Source: an uncultured Acidobacteriota bacterium
GTDB taxonomy: Bacteria > Acidobacteriota > Thermoanaerobaculia > Gp7-AA8
Direction of reading: 5' to 3'
Length of the DNA stretch: 64,000 nucleotides
Assembly: GCA_963822445.1 (NCBI GenBank)
Contig: CAWGHO010000003.1
Location: forward strand, 1,184,001-1,248,000
The notes under the pieces were generated by a model, which worked only from the letters and a program-made list of their open reading frames with translations, searched no databases and was not told the DNA's origin. The first letter of the stretch is position 1, and every line of letters starts with the position of its first letter. Shown piece by piece: positions 18,833 to 29,219 of this stretch. The position numbers were made by a program, and so were the translations under genes.

Positions 18833-19599
18833 TGCCGCACGCGCTCTTTGTCTTCGCCCATCAGGATGACGAGATCGCGACGGCGACGCGTCTTCTCCAT
18901 CTCCTTCGTCAAGGCTGGACCGTTTCCATCGTCTACCTCACCAACGGGGAAGGCGGCCGCGCGAAGTCGGATGTCCGCGATGAGGAAACGCGGAGAGTAC
19001 TGGCGCAGCTCGGCGTCGATCTGTCGCGCGTTCACTTCGCGGGATCGCGCGAGCGCATTCCCGACGGGCGGCTCTTCCTGCATCTCGATCGCTCGCTGCA
19101 GTTGCTCGAGGAATCGGTCGCTGAAGCGGATGAAGCCTGGACGCTGGCGTACGAGGGCGGACATCACGATCACGACGCCGCGCATCTCGTGGCCATGGCC
19201 TACGCGGCGAAGCGGGGAGTGCCACTCTTCGAGATGCCGCTGTATCACGGCTACGGCTTGCCCGGCCCGTTCTTCAACACCCTCGCGCCCTTGCGCATCG
19301 GCGGAACGTGGTCGGCGCGGCAGATCGCGTTCTCCGAAGGATTTCGCATTGCCCTGCTCTGCCGTTTCTACACGTCGCAGCGCAAGACGTGGCTCGGATT
19401 GCTGCCCGAGGCGCTTCTGCGGCTGGCGGTGGGACGGCGGGAGTGGACGCGCGAGGCCGATCTCGACCGACTCCGCGACAAGCCCCATCGCGGAAAGCTG
19501 TTCTACGAGCGGCGGTTCGGCGTCACGTGGGAGGACTTCGAGGCGAAGGCGAAGCCGTTTGTGGCTGCGATTGCGCCGCATCCTCCTCGGCCGGCTTGA
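18832..19599 (+). CDS. PIG-L/LmbE family deacetylase
   Basis: AHQDDE, TNGE and GGHHDH motifs; TGATG coupling with the vapC stop. Confidence 0.85.
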   Translation: MPHALFVFAHQDDEIATATRLLHLLRQGWTVSIVYLTNGEGGRAKSDVRDEETRRVLAQLGVDLSRVHFAGSRERIPDGRLFLHLDRSLQLLEESVAEADEAWTLAYEGGHHDHDAAHLVAMAYAAKRGVPLFEMPLYHGYGLPGPFFNTLAPLRIGGTWSARQIAFSEGFRIALLCRFYTSQRKTWLGLLPEALLRLAVGRREWTREADLDRLRDKPHRGKLFYERRFGVTWEDFEAKAKPFVAAIAPHPPRPA

Positions 19600-20587
19600 C
19601 GAGCGGGCCGCCGTTGATCGGCTCGCGCGGAACGGCCTGCAGATCGAGATTCACCGCCGAGACCAGCAGCTGCACGCCGATCATGATCATCATCGCCGAC
19701 AGCACCACCGTGCCGACCGGCGCACCGACGGAGCGGCTCGCGTACCACCACCAGTGATAGCCGCCGTAGATCAGGCCGGCCAGCAGCAGCGGCAGGCCGC
19801 ACGCGATCTGAAACGACTCGACGGTGAAGTCGTAGACGAAGTTCTTGAGCGTGATGCGGCGCAGCAGGCAGGCGAGGAGGCGGCCGGGAAACTGGCGCAT
19901 CACGCGGCCGATGCGCAGGCTCGACGTCTCGCCGGCGTACCTCGCCGGCATCGACACTTCATGTACCACCGCGCCGAGGACGTAGAGGTGGCCGAGCATC
20001 GAGGTTTCGAAAAAGTAGGTCGGATCGACCTTCTTCAGCGGGATCTGCGAGAGCACGTCCGCGCGGATGGCGACGAAGCCGTTGGTCGGATCGAAGCATT
20101 GCCAGTATCCGGTCGCGGCCTTCGCCAGGAAGCTGAGGACGACGTTGCCGATGCGCCGCACGGTCGGCATCGAGCGCAAGGCCTGGAAGTCGCGGAATCG
20201 ATTGCCTTTCGTGTAGTCGGCCGTTCCGTCGACGAGCGGCTGCACGAGCTGGGGCATGAGCCAGAGCGGCATCTGCCCGTCGCCGTCCACTTTCACGACG
20301 ACGTCGGCCCCGGCTTCGAGGGCCTTCTGAAAGCCGGTGATCATCGCGCCGCCGACGCCGCGGTTCACCTCGTGATGCAAGACGATGATCCGGGGATCGA
20401 GCTGCGCGTAACGTTCCGCGACCGCGGCGGTGTCGTCCTGCGACGCGTCGTCGACGACGATGATGGTCTTTACGATCGGCGGCATCTGCCGCAGCACGTC
20501 GCCGAGGTGCGTCGCAACGTTGTAGGCGGGAACGACGGCGATGACGTGCGCATCGGGCCGCTTCCGAAGCTGCAGCCGCGAGCTCAT
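19523..20587 (-). CDS. Glycosyltransferase family 2 (polyprenol-phosphate glycosyltransferase-like)
   Basis: VVPAYN, VVDDAS.D, DGDGQ motifs and two C-terminal TMs. Confidence 0.9.
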   Translation of the reverse strand: MSSRLQLRKRPDAHVIAVVPAYNVATHLGDVLRQMPPIVKTIIVVDDASQDDTAAVAERYAQLDPRIIVLHHEVNRGVGGAMITGFQKALEAGADVVVKVDGDGQMPLWLMPQLVQPLVDGTADYTKGNRFRDFQALRSMPTVRRIGNVVLSFLAKAATGYWQCFDPTNGFVAIRADVLSQIPLKKVDPTYFFETSMLGHLYVLGAVVHEVSMPARYAGETSSLRIGRVMRQFPGRLLACLLRRITLKNFVYDFTVESFQIACGLPLLLAGLIYGGYHWWWYASRSVGAPVGTVVLSAMMIMIGVQLLVSAVNLDLQAVPREPINGGPLVKPAEEDAAQSQPQTASPSPRSPPT

Positions 20588-22590
20588 CGCGCCGCCTCCG
20601 CGAGCCGATTGGTCTCTTCCTGAGTGCGTTGGATGACGTACACGCGCACGTTCTCATCATCCATGAAGATCCGCATGTCGCGGTGATTGAGTTGATAGAG
20701 AAAGCACCACGTCTGCAGACGTTGCTCGATGTCGGCGCGCGAGAACTGCGTGGCCCACGTGTTGATCTGGAAGCGGTGCGGCACTTTCTCCACGGCGATG
20801 AAAACATACCGCGTCGGAATCGGCAGCTGTCGCGCCTCGGGGTCGTAACGCTCCAGAAAATCGGCGGCGGACAGATGGAACCCGCGGCCGAGGACCATCG
20901 GGAACTCCTGGCCGTAGGTGACGAGCGTCCAGGTGAAGGGCTCGATCTTCCGCTGGATCTCGAGCACCGCGTACGCCGTCGCGCCGTAGCCGGAGTAGTT
21001 GATCAGTTTGTCGTGCGCGCCGGCGAGAGGCACGCGCCACAGCCACAGCGCGAGCGCGGCCACGGTGATGATGCGCGCGAGCTTCACCCGCGAGAGCTCG
21101 AAGATCGCGATGCCGAGAAGGATGGCCAGGGTCATGGCCAGCCAGCCGGCGTTGCGGCGGACCTCGATGATCTCCGGCCAGCCGAATCGCGAGGCGAGGT
21201 GGGTCGCGGTGAAGACGAAGGTCGCGGCGGCGATCCAGTAGTGCTTCCGGAAGAGCAGGGCGATGGCGATGACCAGGCAGGCGATGAGGAACGGTGTGAT
21301 CGCGACCCAGGTCACGATCCGCGCGGTGTCCCCTTCGCGCAGGAAGGGGAAGTAGTAAGCCGCGGCCGAGCCCGCGCTGTTGGCGCTCGCGGCATCGCGG
21401 GCGCCGACGTTCGGGTAGGCGATGTAGCCGAGCATCCACGTCGAGCCGATGACGATTCCTGCCGCGCCGAGAAGCATGGCCCGTCCGATCTCGCGCACGT
21501 TCGCGCGTTGGACGAGGACGGTGATACCGGAGAGGAGCACCAGCGGGACGGCGACGCCGGGGTGGGTGGCGGCGATGGCGGCGGTGCAGAAGAGGAAGCC
21601 GCTGAGGTGCCACCAGCTCTCTCTCTTCAGCAGGAACATGACCGCCGGGAACAGCAGCACGATGGCCAGTTCCTGCGGCAACGTCGCGGTCTGGCGCTGA
21701 AACACGGTCTGCAGGACATCGAACTCGCCGCTCGTCTCCGGAAGGTCCGCGTACGTCATTCGCTCGAACGCACGAGCGTCGGCGATGTTCTCGGTGGCCA
21801 TGCTGCCGCCGAGGAGGAAGTACTGGCTCGCGCCGCCGATCATCGTGGCGAAGAGCAACCCGGCCACGAGTCCGGCGACGAGGCTGCGCGACAACCGTCG
21901 CGCTGCATCGGCAACGGCGAGAGTCATCAGCACGCCGACGATCGGTCCGAAGAAATTCAGCAGCAGGATCGAATCGACATTCGTGAGATCGCGAATGGCC
22001 ATCAGCAGGAAATGCATCCCGCGCGGATACGGTCCCCAGGCGGGATCGACCTGCTTGCCCTGCTCGAGCAGGCGGATCAAGTAGAGGTGAACGTAAGTGT
22101 CCGAGAAACCGAGATTCGCGGTTGCGAACGGCCGGTAAAGGCGAATCGCCGCCGCGACCGCGACCAGCGACGACCACGCGGCGATCTGCCACGAGAACCC
22201 GAAACGCGATCGCGTCCGCCGCAGCACGCGGCGCATCCGGCGGCGCACGTTCACCCTTCCTTCGATCACGTTCAGCGCTGAAACGACGACGGTTCGATAG
22301 AGATCGCGCAGTTGCCCCGCGGGCGAGCGTCCCGTGACGCGCGCGCGAACGGCGAGAACCAGCGCGGCGATGGCCAGAACGAGCGTCAACGACGAATAGA
22401 TGTTGAGAAGCGTCAGCAGTTGCCCGCCGAGAGTCAGAAGGGTGATGCCGGCGGCGAGGCACCACCAGAACCACTCCAGGCGGTCCAGCTCCGCCGGACG
22501 TTTGCGCGCGAGCCGCGGCACGACGAGGAACAGCAGCACCAGCGCCGCCGTGATGCGCAGAACCGCGTCGATGCCGAGGAGCGTGTACAT
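20584..22590 (-). CDS. Polytopic membrane protein, possibly a GT-C type transferase
   Basis: Many TMs; SDTYVH and YPRGMH loops resemble GT-C-like proteins; coupled between pelG and GT2. Confidence 0.6.
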   Translation of the reverse strand: MYTLLGIDAVLRITAALVLLFLVVPRLARKRPAELDRLEWFWWCLAAGITLLTLGGQLLTLLNIYSSLTLVLAIAALVLAVRARVTGRSPAGQLRDLYRTVVVSALNVIEGRVNVRRRMRRVLRRTRSRFGFSWQIAAWSSLVAVAAAIRLYRPFATANLGFSDTYVHLYLIRLLEQGKQVDPAWGPYPRGMHFLLMAIRDLTNVDSILLLNFFGPIVGVLMTLAVADAARRLSRSLVAGLVAGLLFATMIGGASQYFLLGGSMATENIADARAFERMTYADLPETSGEFDVLQTVFQRQTATLPQELAIVLLFPAVMFLLKRESWWHLSGFLFCTAAIAATHPGVAVPLVLLSGITVLVQRANVREIGRAMLLGAAGIVIGSTWMLGYIAYPNVGARDAASANSAGSAAAYYFPFLREGDTARIVTWVAITPFLIACLVIAIALLFRKHYWIAAATFVFTATHLASRFGWPEIIEVRRNAGWLAMTLAILLGIAIFELSRVKLARIITVAALALWLWRVPLAGAHDKLINYSGYGATAYAVLEIQRKIEPFTWTLVTYGQEFPMVLGRGFHLSAADFLERYDPEARQLPIPTRYVFIAVEKVPHRFQINTWATQFSRADIEQRLQTWCFLYQLNHRDMRIFMDDENVRVYVIQRTQEETNRLAEAAR

Positions 22591-22591
22591 G

Positions 22592-24190
22592 TCAGTAAGC
22601 GGCGTAGTAGTGATAGTCGAGTCCCGCGAGCACTTCGCGGATCGACCGGGACGTGAGAATGGCCATGACCACCGCGCCGGCGAGCAGGCCCAGAACCGCG
22701 TACGAATAGCTGATGGCCCGGCTGCAGATGAATCCGACGGCGATGTTGACCGCGAGCGCGATTCCGACCGCGCGCACGACCATCTCCACGCGCGACAGCG
22801 TCAGCAGCATGAGTGTGTTCTGCAGCGCGAACATGAAGATCACATACGCGATCGTCGCCAGCACGAACACGCGGGCGGTGGTCGGCGCACGGAGCGCCTC
22901 GTAGACCGGCAGCGACGGGATCTCGCGCAGCGTCAACGCCACCGCGACGGCCACGAACACCGCGACGACGGCCGCACCGCCGAGGATGAAGCCGCGGCGG
23001 CGGTGCTCATCGATCGACTTCGCCGTGAAGCGCTCGGTCTCGATGCTCTTCACCCGTTTCTCGTTCGGAACGAGCGTCTCCGAGAACCTGCGCGTCGCAT
23101 GCTCGACCACGCCGCTGAGCAGCATGACCACGATCAGCGCCAGGTCCATCCCCAGCTCGTACCGCACGTTCAGCCAGAAACCGTACGGCGGAAAGTCCTC
23201 GCGGCCCGTTCCCGACGTCCAGGCGATTACCCGATCGGCGAAGAGGAAGCTGTTGTAGAGCAGACCGTAAAGAAAGAACCGCGACGTGCTGTACACGAGC
23301 ACAGTCAGCCGCGGCGGATTGACAGCGCCCTGGCCCGTGCCGCCCCGTGCCATGGCGTTGAGGTGATGCAGCGCGAGCGCGAAGCTGAGTACGTCCGCGA
23401 CGAGAAGTCCGATCGCATTCGCGAGGATCGGCGGCGCTCCGAATCCTTTCGCCGCGATCAGTACCATCGCCAGCGCAATCGCCGTCGTCAGAAAGAAAAG
23501 CCAGGTCTTGCGCACGAGGTAGATCAGCGCCCAGTTCAGCCAGAGAATCGCCAGCGCCACGTAATAACCGGCGGCGGTGAGCACGATCGACCAGGGCAGC
23601 AATCCGAAAATCGCATTGATCGCCAGTGCTGGAATCAGCAATGCCAGCACGATCCGCAGCGCGATGGACCACGCCCGCAGCGCGGTCCATCGCGCCAGCC
23701 ACTCTTCCTGCTGATACACGTAGAACAGGCCGCGGCGGACGATGGCCTGCATGAAGCCGCCCGTTACCACGTAACTGGCGATGAAGCCGAGGGCGATGGC
23801 GGTGCCGATGCGCAGATCCATTTCGATCGCGCCCCACACGCCGTAACCCCAGACGACCATGGTCACGGCCTGCAACGCCATCGGCAGCGAGAAACTGAGG
23901 CCGATGATGTAGTTCCGGAGAAACCGTCCCAGCGCCGAAACACGGGGCTGGGGATCCTCGGGCTCCGCTTCGAATCGCAACCGATCCTCGAGAAACCACG
24001 AGTAGATGCGCCGCGCCAGATCGAACAGATCGCGCGCGTCGTAATCGGCGCGCGCATCGGAATCGCGCAAGCCCATGACCTCGAGCTGCGCCGCGATCTC
24101 CCACTCGTCTTTCGGAATGCCGATCAGATCGATGACCTGCTGGGCGAGGTCGTGGGCGGGCGTGGCGGCGGGTGCGGGATGGGCGGTCAT
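22592..24190 (-). CDS. pelG: PelG-like exopolysaccharide transporter
   Basis: About 12 TMs with a FADRVIAW motif; ATGA-coupled to the pelF stop. The true start is 24190, not 25204. Confidence 0.7.
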   Translation of the reverse strand: MTAHPAPAATPAHDLAQQVIDLIGIPKDEWEIAAQLEVMGLRDSDARADYDARDLFDLARRIYSWFLEDRLRFEAEPEDPQPRVSALGRFLRNYIIGLSFSLPMALQAVTMVVWGYGVWGAIEMDLRIGTAIALGFIASYVVTGGFMQAIVRRGLFYVYQQEEWLARWTALRAWSIALRIVLALLIPALAINAIFGLLPWSIVLTAAGYYVALAILWLNWALIYLVRKTWLFFLTTAIALAMVLIAAKGFGAPPILANAIGLLVADVLSFALALHHLNAMARGGTGQGAVNPPRLTVLVYSTSRFFLYGLLYNSFLFADRVIAWTSGTGREDFPPYGFWLNVRYELGMDLALIVVMLLSGVVEHATRRFSETLVPNEKRVKSIETERFTAKSIDEHRRRGFILGGAAVVAVFVAVAVALTLREIPSLPVYEALRAPTTARVFVLATIAYVIFMFALQNTLMLLTLSRVEMVVRAVGIALAVNIAVGFICSRAISYSYAVLGLLAGAVVMAILTSRSIREVLAGLDYHYYAAY

Positions 24191-25668
24191 GCCGCCAGGT
24201 GCCTGTACAGATCGAGATATCGGCCGATGGAGTGATCGAGGCGGAATTCGTCGAGCACGCGGGCCCGCGCTTTTGCGCCGAGGCGGAGGCGGAGGTGGTG
24301 ATCGTCGAGGAGCTTTGCGACTTCCACGGCGAAGCGCTCGTCGTCGCGCGGCTTGACCAGAACGCCGCAGCCTTCGAGTGCCTCGCCGACGCCACCGACG
24401 TCGCTGGCGACGATCGCCTTTTCGCAAGCCATGGCCTCGATGACCGAATACGGAAACGCTTCGGAAATCGAGGTCAGCAGAACGACATCCGCATCGCGAT
24501 ACGCGCCGACGACATCCTCGGTCGCCGAGCCGATGGTCACGCGATCCTCGACGCCGAGGCGTTTGCGCAGGGTGAGGCAGCGGCGGTAGTAGGCCTCGTC
24601 CGCGACGGCGCCGTGAACCGTGAACTTCGCCTTCGGATGCGTGTCCTTCAGGCGTGCCGCGACGCGCAGCAGCGTCTCGATGTCCTTCAGCGGATCGATG
24701 CGCGCCGTCGCCACGACGTGATGCTCGCCGTGCAGTTTGGGAGTGGCGGTGAAATGCTCGGGATCGACGCCGTTGTAGATCACCCGGATCTTCTGCTGCG
24801 GTGTTCCATGCGCGACTTCCCAGCGGGTGTTGTAGTGGCAGACCGGCGCGACGACGTCGGCGAAGTGGTAGTTCGCGCGGACGATCGCGGTGATGAGATT
24901 CATCAGAAACTGCTTGCAGAAGAAGAGTCGGCGGAAGCGCGAGAGAAACAGGTATTGCTCGCGCAGATACACGCCATGTTCGGTGAGGATCATCGGCGTG
25001 CCGTGCCGCACTTTCGCGGTGATGCAGGGAATGCCGCAGAACGCCGCCGCTGTCGAATGAGTGACATCCGTCTTCGGCACGCGCACGTTGAGCACGATCA
25101 GGAAGTGGTAGAGCCAGCGCAGGCACTCGGTGAGATCGAACACGGACGGAAGCTGATGTTCGGGGCCGGGCCGAGTCGTCCGTTCGGACAACTCCCTGCT
25201 GCACTTTTCGACGCTGCTCTTGAACTCGTTCCAGACCGCGCGTGATTTGAAGGTCGCGTTGTAGTCATGAACGCGAAAGTAGTCTTCGAGCGCGACCAGC
25301 ACGTTGCCGAGGGTTGGCGAGTCGTCCGGTGCGGAGCAGACGACGGTGAGGAACTTGCGGAAGTGGGGGAGGAACTCGCGCTCGATCGCTTCGTCGGTCG
25401 TGCGGCGTTTGCGGTCGTAAAGCTGGGCGAAGGCGATCTCGGTCATGAACTCGGCCGGCTCTTCGATGCCCCACAGCGGGACGTTGAGAATCCGGCGCAC
25501 GTTGTCCGGCGGCTCGAACTTCTGCTCGATGTGCGGATTCATCATCAACGGCAGGAGGGTCCAGCGAACGTCGGGCGTGTTGCGCAGCAGGGCATCGCAC
25601 CAGGTGCTCACCCCGCCCGCGCTGTACGGATACGTCCCCTCGGTGGTCATGAGGATGGAGAGCATCAC
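24187..25668 (-). CDS. pelF: GT4 glycosyltransferase PelF
   Basis: Diagnostic EGTYPYSAGGVSTW, LTEHGVYLRE, ARIDPLKDI and SISEAFP motifs. Confidence 0.9.
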   Translation of the reverse strand: MMLSILMTTEGTYPYSAGGVSTWCDALLRNTPDVRWTLLPLMMNPHIEQKFEPPDNVRRILNVPLWGIEEPAEFMTEIAFAQLYDRKRRTTDEAIEREFLPHFRKFLTVVCSAPDDSPTLGNVLVALEDYFRVHDYNATFKSRAVWNEFKSSVEKCSRELSERTTRPGPEHQLPSVFDLTECLRWLYHFLIVLNVRVPKTDVTHSTAAAFCGIPCITAKVRHGTPMILTEHGVYLREQYLFLSRFRRLFFCKQFLMNLITAIVRANYHFADVVAPVCHYNTRWEVAHGTPQQKIRVIYNGVDPEHFTATPKLHGEHHVVATARIDPLKDIETLLRVAARLKDTHPKAKFTVHGAVADEAYYRRCLTLRKRLGVEDRVTIGSATEDVVGAYRDADVVLLTSISEAFPYSVIEAMACEKAIVASDVGGVGEALEGCGVLVKPRDDERFAVEVAKLLDDHHLRLRLGAKARARVLDEFRLDHSIGRYLDLYRHLAA

Positions 25669-26933
25669 TGCCCCCCGATCGGCGATGACACCCGTTGCTG
25701 CAGCGATCCCGACTGCGCGCCCCACTTGAGCCGCTGCTGCAGCTTCCAGCGATCGACACGAACGGAGAGGAGATCGCTTTCGCGCCGCGCGACGTGCGCC
25801 GCCGCATCGACGAGATCGGCTTGCGGACGCACGCCGGCCGTGACCAGCCGCGCCACCGATTCCTCGCGTCTCTTCGCCACGTTGACCGCTTCGGTGAGGA
25901 TCTCGATCCGCTTGTCGGCAGCCGCGACGGCGAGCCAGAGCAGGTCGAGACGATTGCGGGTCGCGGTCGCGGTGAGGTTCCGCACGCGCACCGCTTCATC
26001 CGCCTCGATCCGCGCCTCGGCCAGACGTCGCGCGGCGGCCGCATCGAGCAGCGGAAAGGACATGGACACGCGAAGGCCGTAGATGCCGAACGCGCCTTCC
26101 TCGACGTCCGAGCGGAACGTGCTCGGGACGGCGGCCATCCCGCCGAACGCGGAGAGCATGAACTGAGGTCGATGCAGCGCGACGGCATCCTGCAATGCGA
26201 GTCGCTTGCGTTGTTCCATCAGCGCCGCGCGCGCGACCGCGGCATCGGCCTCGACGATGCTGTCGATGCGGATCTCTTTGAGCATCGGCTCGTCGCGAAT
26301 TTCGAGCGCTGCGTGAAGCGCTTCCCCGGACGTGTCGCCGATCATCTGCTTGAGACGGGTCTCGGCTTCGAGGCGTCCGAGCTCGAGATCGACGAGCTGC
26401 GATTCGGTGGCGAGGGCCTGGTCTTCCCACTGGGCGGCGGTGAGGTTCGAGATCTGTCCCGTGTCGAGCATGATCTGCGCGCGATCGCGAAGAATCGCCG
26501 CGCGCCGCGCGCCTTCGGCCAGAAGCTGGATGCGCTGCTCGGCGATGTACAGATCGCCGAACGCTTCGAGCGTCTCGCGAAACACATCCTCGGCTTCATC
26601 GAGTGCGCGGCGACGGACGATCTGGGCGTCGGCGCGAATGCCAAGCCGCCGACGCTCCTCCGCACCGCGGCTGAAGAGCGGGTAATCGACATTGACGAGC
26701 GCCGTGAACGCGTCGATGCGGCCGACGTTCTGATTGAGAAGATTCAGATTTTCCGCGGTGCTGATTCCGGCTTCCGCGCGGATCACCGGCAGCGTGCGGA
26801 AGGGGAGGGCCTCGATGATCTGGGCGCGATCGTCGTACGTAGTCGCGGCCGCGCGCGTGCGCATGGCCCGCTCCAGTGCCGCGGGGAAGGTGAGAGTGGC
26901 AGCCAGCGTGACGATGGCGACGGCGTTCATCAC
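25665..26933 (-). CDS. TolC family outer membrane protein
   Basis: Signal peptide, coiled helices alternating with beta-strand segments (VNVDYPLF, VSMSFPLL); coupled to the HlyD gene. Confidence 0.7.
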   Translation of the reverse strand: MMNAVAIVTLAATLTFPAALERAMRTRAAATTYDDRAQIIEALPFRTLPVIRAEAGISTAENLNLLNQNVGRIDAFTALVNVDYPLFSRGAEERRRLGIRADAQIVRRRALDEAEDVFRETLEAFGDLYIAEQRIQLLAEGARRAAILRDRAQIMLDTGQISNLTAAQWEDQALATESQLVDLELGRLEAETRLKQMIGDTSGEALHAALEIRDEPMLKEIRIDSIVEADAAVARAALMEQRKRLALQDAVALHRPQFMLSAFGGMAAVPSTFRSDVEEGAFGIYGLRVSMSFPLLDAAAARRLAEARIEADEAVRVRNLTATATRNRLDLLWLAVAAADKRIEILTEAVNVAKRREESVARLVTAGVRPQADLVDAAAHVARRESDLLSVRVDRWKLQQRLKWGAQSGSLQQRVSSPIGGQ

Positions 26934-27859
26934 TTCACCGTGATCACGGCCTGCTGCCCGACCTGCAGGACGCCGTCGGGATTCGGTAGATCGACCACGA
27001 GGACCGCGCCGCCCGCGCCAGGCACGACCCTCTTCACCGGAACCGTGAATTTGCGCGGCGGGACGGTGAAGACCTTGACCTCGACCGGGACGCCGGCGCG
27101 GACGTAACGCACGAGCTCCGGCGCGATCGCGCCGCGAACGTCGACGGTGGCGTTGTTCGCGATCTCGACGACCGGGTCGCGCGGGAAGATGCTGTCGCCG
27201 ACGCGGGCATGCACGCGGGTGATGACGCCGCCGATCGGCGCAACCACGCGCAGGAGCGACTTGCGTTCACTGACGACTGCCTCGTCCGCGCGCGCTTTGT
27301 CGAGCTCGAGTTGGAGAAGGCTGGTGTCGGTCTGCACGACTTTGATCGACGCCCGCTCTTTTTCGGCGAGGTAATCGCGAAGCGCGGCGGCGTACTCGTT
27401 CTCCGCGTTCTCGAGCTCTTCCTTCGAGACGTCGCGGGTCTTGAACAGCTCGCGGTAGCGCTCCCGTTTGGTCTCGCGATTCTTGAGGATCTCCGCGGAG
27501 GCGCGCTCGCGGGCGCCGGAGTCGCCGAGGATCAGGGAGGTGGCGATCGGTCTGCGGGCGTCGCGGAGGCGCTGTTCGGCGACCGCGATCTGCGCGCGAA
27601 CGTGAGCGAGATCACGTTCGATGGAGGCGTTATTCAGCGTGGCCAGGAGCTGTCCGGGCTGCACGGTGGCCCCTTCGGCGACGTCGACCGTGGCCACGCG
27701 GCCGTCGACGGGGGCGATGGCGGTCGCGGTCTGCGCGCTCGCAACCTGCGCGCGGATCTCGACTTTCGGGACGTCCGCCGCCGCGACGTCGTCTTCCTTG
27801 TCGCAGCGCACGACGAGCAGCGACGCGGCAATGCAAGCCAGCATGAGGGTCGCGCGCAA
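26930..27859 (-). CDS. HlyD/RND periplasmic adaptor (membrane fusion) protein
   Basis: Lipoyl half-motifs APVDGRV..V.V.EG..V.PGQLL and VAPIGGVI; TTG start with GGAGG RBS. Confidence 0.85.
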   Translation of the reverse strand: MRATLMLACIAASLLVVRCDKEDDVAAADVPKVEIRAQVASAQTATAIAPVDGRVATVDVAEGATVQPGQLLATLNNASIERDLAHVRAQIAVAEQRLRDARRPIATSLILGDSGARERASAEILKNRETKRERYRELFKTRDVSKEELENAENEYAAALRDYLAEKERASIKVVQTDTSLLQLELDKARADEAVVSERKSLLRVVAPIGGVITRVHARVGDSIFPRDPVVEIANNATVDVRGAIAPELVRYVRAGVPVEVKVFTVPPRKFTVPVKRVVPGAGGAVLVVDLPNPDGVLQVGQQAVITVK

Positions 27860-27935
27860 TTGTGTGTTGACCTCCGGAACCCACCGGCGAAGTTCTTGCA
27901 GACTCTGCTGCAAAAAGCGTGTCATACGCCTGTTC

Positions 27936-29219
27936 ATGAAACGTCTGCCTTTTGCAGTAGCCATGGTCGTGTTGGTGCTCGGGTTGATCGCCGGTGCTGC
28001 CGCGGCATGGACGATTGTCCACCAGGCGCGGCGAACCGCGGCAGAAGAAGTTGCAGCGGCCGTGGCGATCGCCAAATCGAATCCAGCCGCCGTCGCCTCA
28101 CTCGAGTCACTTCCCGCCGTGCAATCGGTGCGCGTTCATGACGCCGCCGGAAAGCTCATCGCCGAGTTCCAGCGCCCTGCCGCACGTTACGGTCTCGCCG
28201 AGCGTCTCGCGCCGGCCGAGGTCGTATGCGATTCGGGAACGGACGGCTCGGTCTGCGTCGAGTCGTCGCCCGGCGCGATCGTGGGAGCGGTGCGAACCGC
28301 GTCGCTCCTCGCCGCGATCGTGCCGCTGGTCGCAGGTCTGGCGGGCTTCATCGCCGGCCGTGCGCTGGCCGCATCGGCCGACGCGCGCCTCCGCCGCATG
28401 AGCGACGTCATCGACAAGGCCTCGCGCGAGCGTGACTGGTCGCAGCGGCTCGAGCCCGCCGCGGGAGAGCTGGGAAGGCTGATTACCTCCATCAACGAGC
28501 TCCTCGCGCAGATCCAGGAACGCGAGATTGCGGTCCGTCGCCGGACGCTGGAGGTCGAGGCAGTCAACAAGGATCTCGAATCGTTCGCCTACTCCGTGTC
28601 GCACGATCTGCGCTCGCCCCTCGGATCGATCGATGGCTTCACCCAGGCGCTCGAACTGGATTACGGCGATAAGTTCGACGACACAGCCCGCGAGTACCTC
28701 GGCTGGATCCACGAAGCCATCCGCCAGATGCGCGATCTCATCGACGGCCTGCTGCAGATGTCGCGGCTCGCCAAATATGAAGTGCAGCGGGAGACGGTCG
28801 ACCTCAGCTCGATCGCGCAAAGCGTTGCTGATTCACTGAAGCAGAACCAGCCCGACCGGGCGGTGAAGTTCGAGATTCGCGATGGCGTGAGCGCGGTCGG
28901 TGACGAGCGTCTCCTTCGCGCGGTGCTGGAGAACCTCATCGGAAACGCCTGGAAGTTCACACGGAACAAAACGGACGCGCGCATCGAGTTCGGCGCGGCC
29001 GGCGACGCGTTTTACATCCGCGACAACGGCGCGGGCTTCGATCCGGCACATGCCGCGAAGATGTTCCGCCCGTTCCAGCGGCTGCATTCCGCGCGCGAAT
29101 TCGAAGGAACCGGGATCGGTCTGGCGACGGTGCAGAAGATCGTCGAACGGCATGGCGGACGGGCCTGGGCGGAGGGTGAAGTGGAAAAAGGCGCCACGAT
29201 TTACTTCACGACAGGATGA
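27936..29219 (+). CDS. Membrane sensor histidine kinase (HAMP-HisKA-HATPase)
   Basis: Two TMs; SVSHDLRSP, NLIGNAWKFT, DNGAGF, GIGLA. Confidence 0.92.
   Translation: MKRLPFAVAMVVLVLGLIAGAAAAWTIVHQARRTAAEEVAAAVAIAKSNPAAVASLESLPAVQSVRVHDAAGKLIAEFQRPAARYGLAERLAPAEVVCDSGTDGSVCVESSPGAIVGAVRTASLLAAIVPLVAGLAGFIAGRALAASADARLRRMSDVIDKASRERDWSQRLEPAAGELGRLITSINELLAQIQEREIAVRRRTLEVEAVNKDLESFAYSVSHDLRSPLGSIDGFTQALELDYGDKFDDTAREYLGWIHEAIRQMRDLIDGLLQMSRLAKYEVQRETVDLSSIAQSVADSLKQNQPDRAVKFEIRDGVSAVGDERLLRAVLENLIGNAWKFTRNKTDARIEFGAAGDAFYIRDNGAGFDPAHAAKMFRPFQRLHSAREFEGTGIGLATVQKIVERHGGRAWAEGEVEKGATIYFTTG

Noticed and set aside
19523-19599. 3' overlaps of convergent genes (also 11568-11590, 49084-49149, 56803-56835)
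   Set aside because: Common in GC-rich genomes where stop codons are scarce; no further signal.
22592-25204. 870-aa version of the PelG-like ORF
   Set aside because: The N-terminal extension overlaps pelF out of frame; the coupled start at 24190 fits better.
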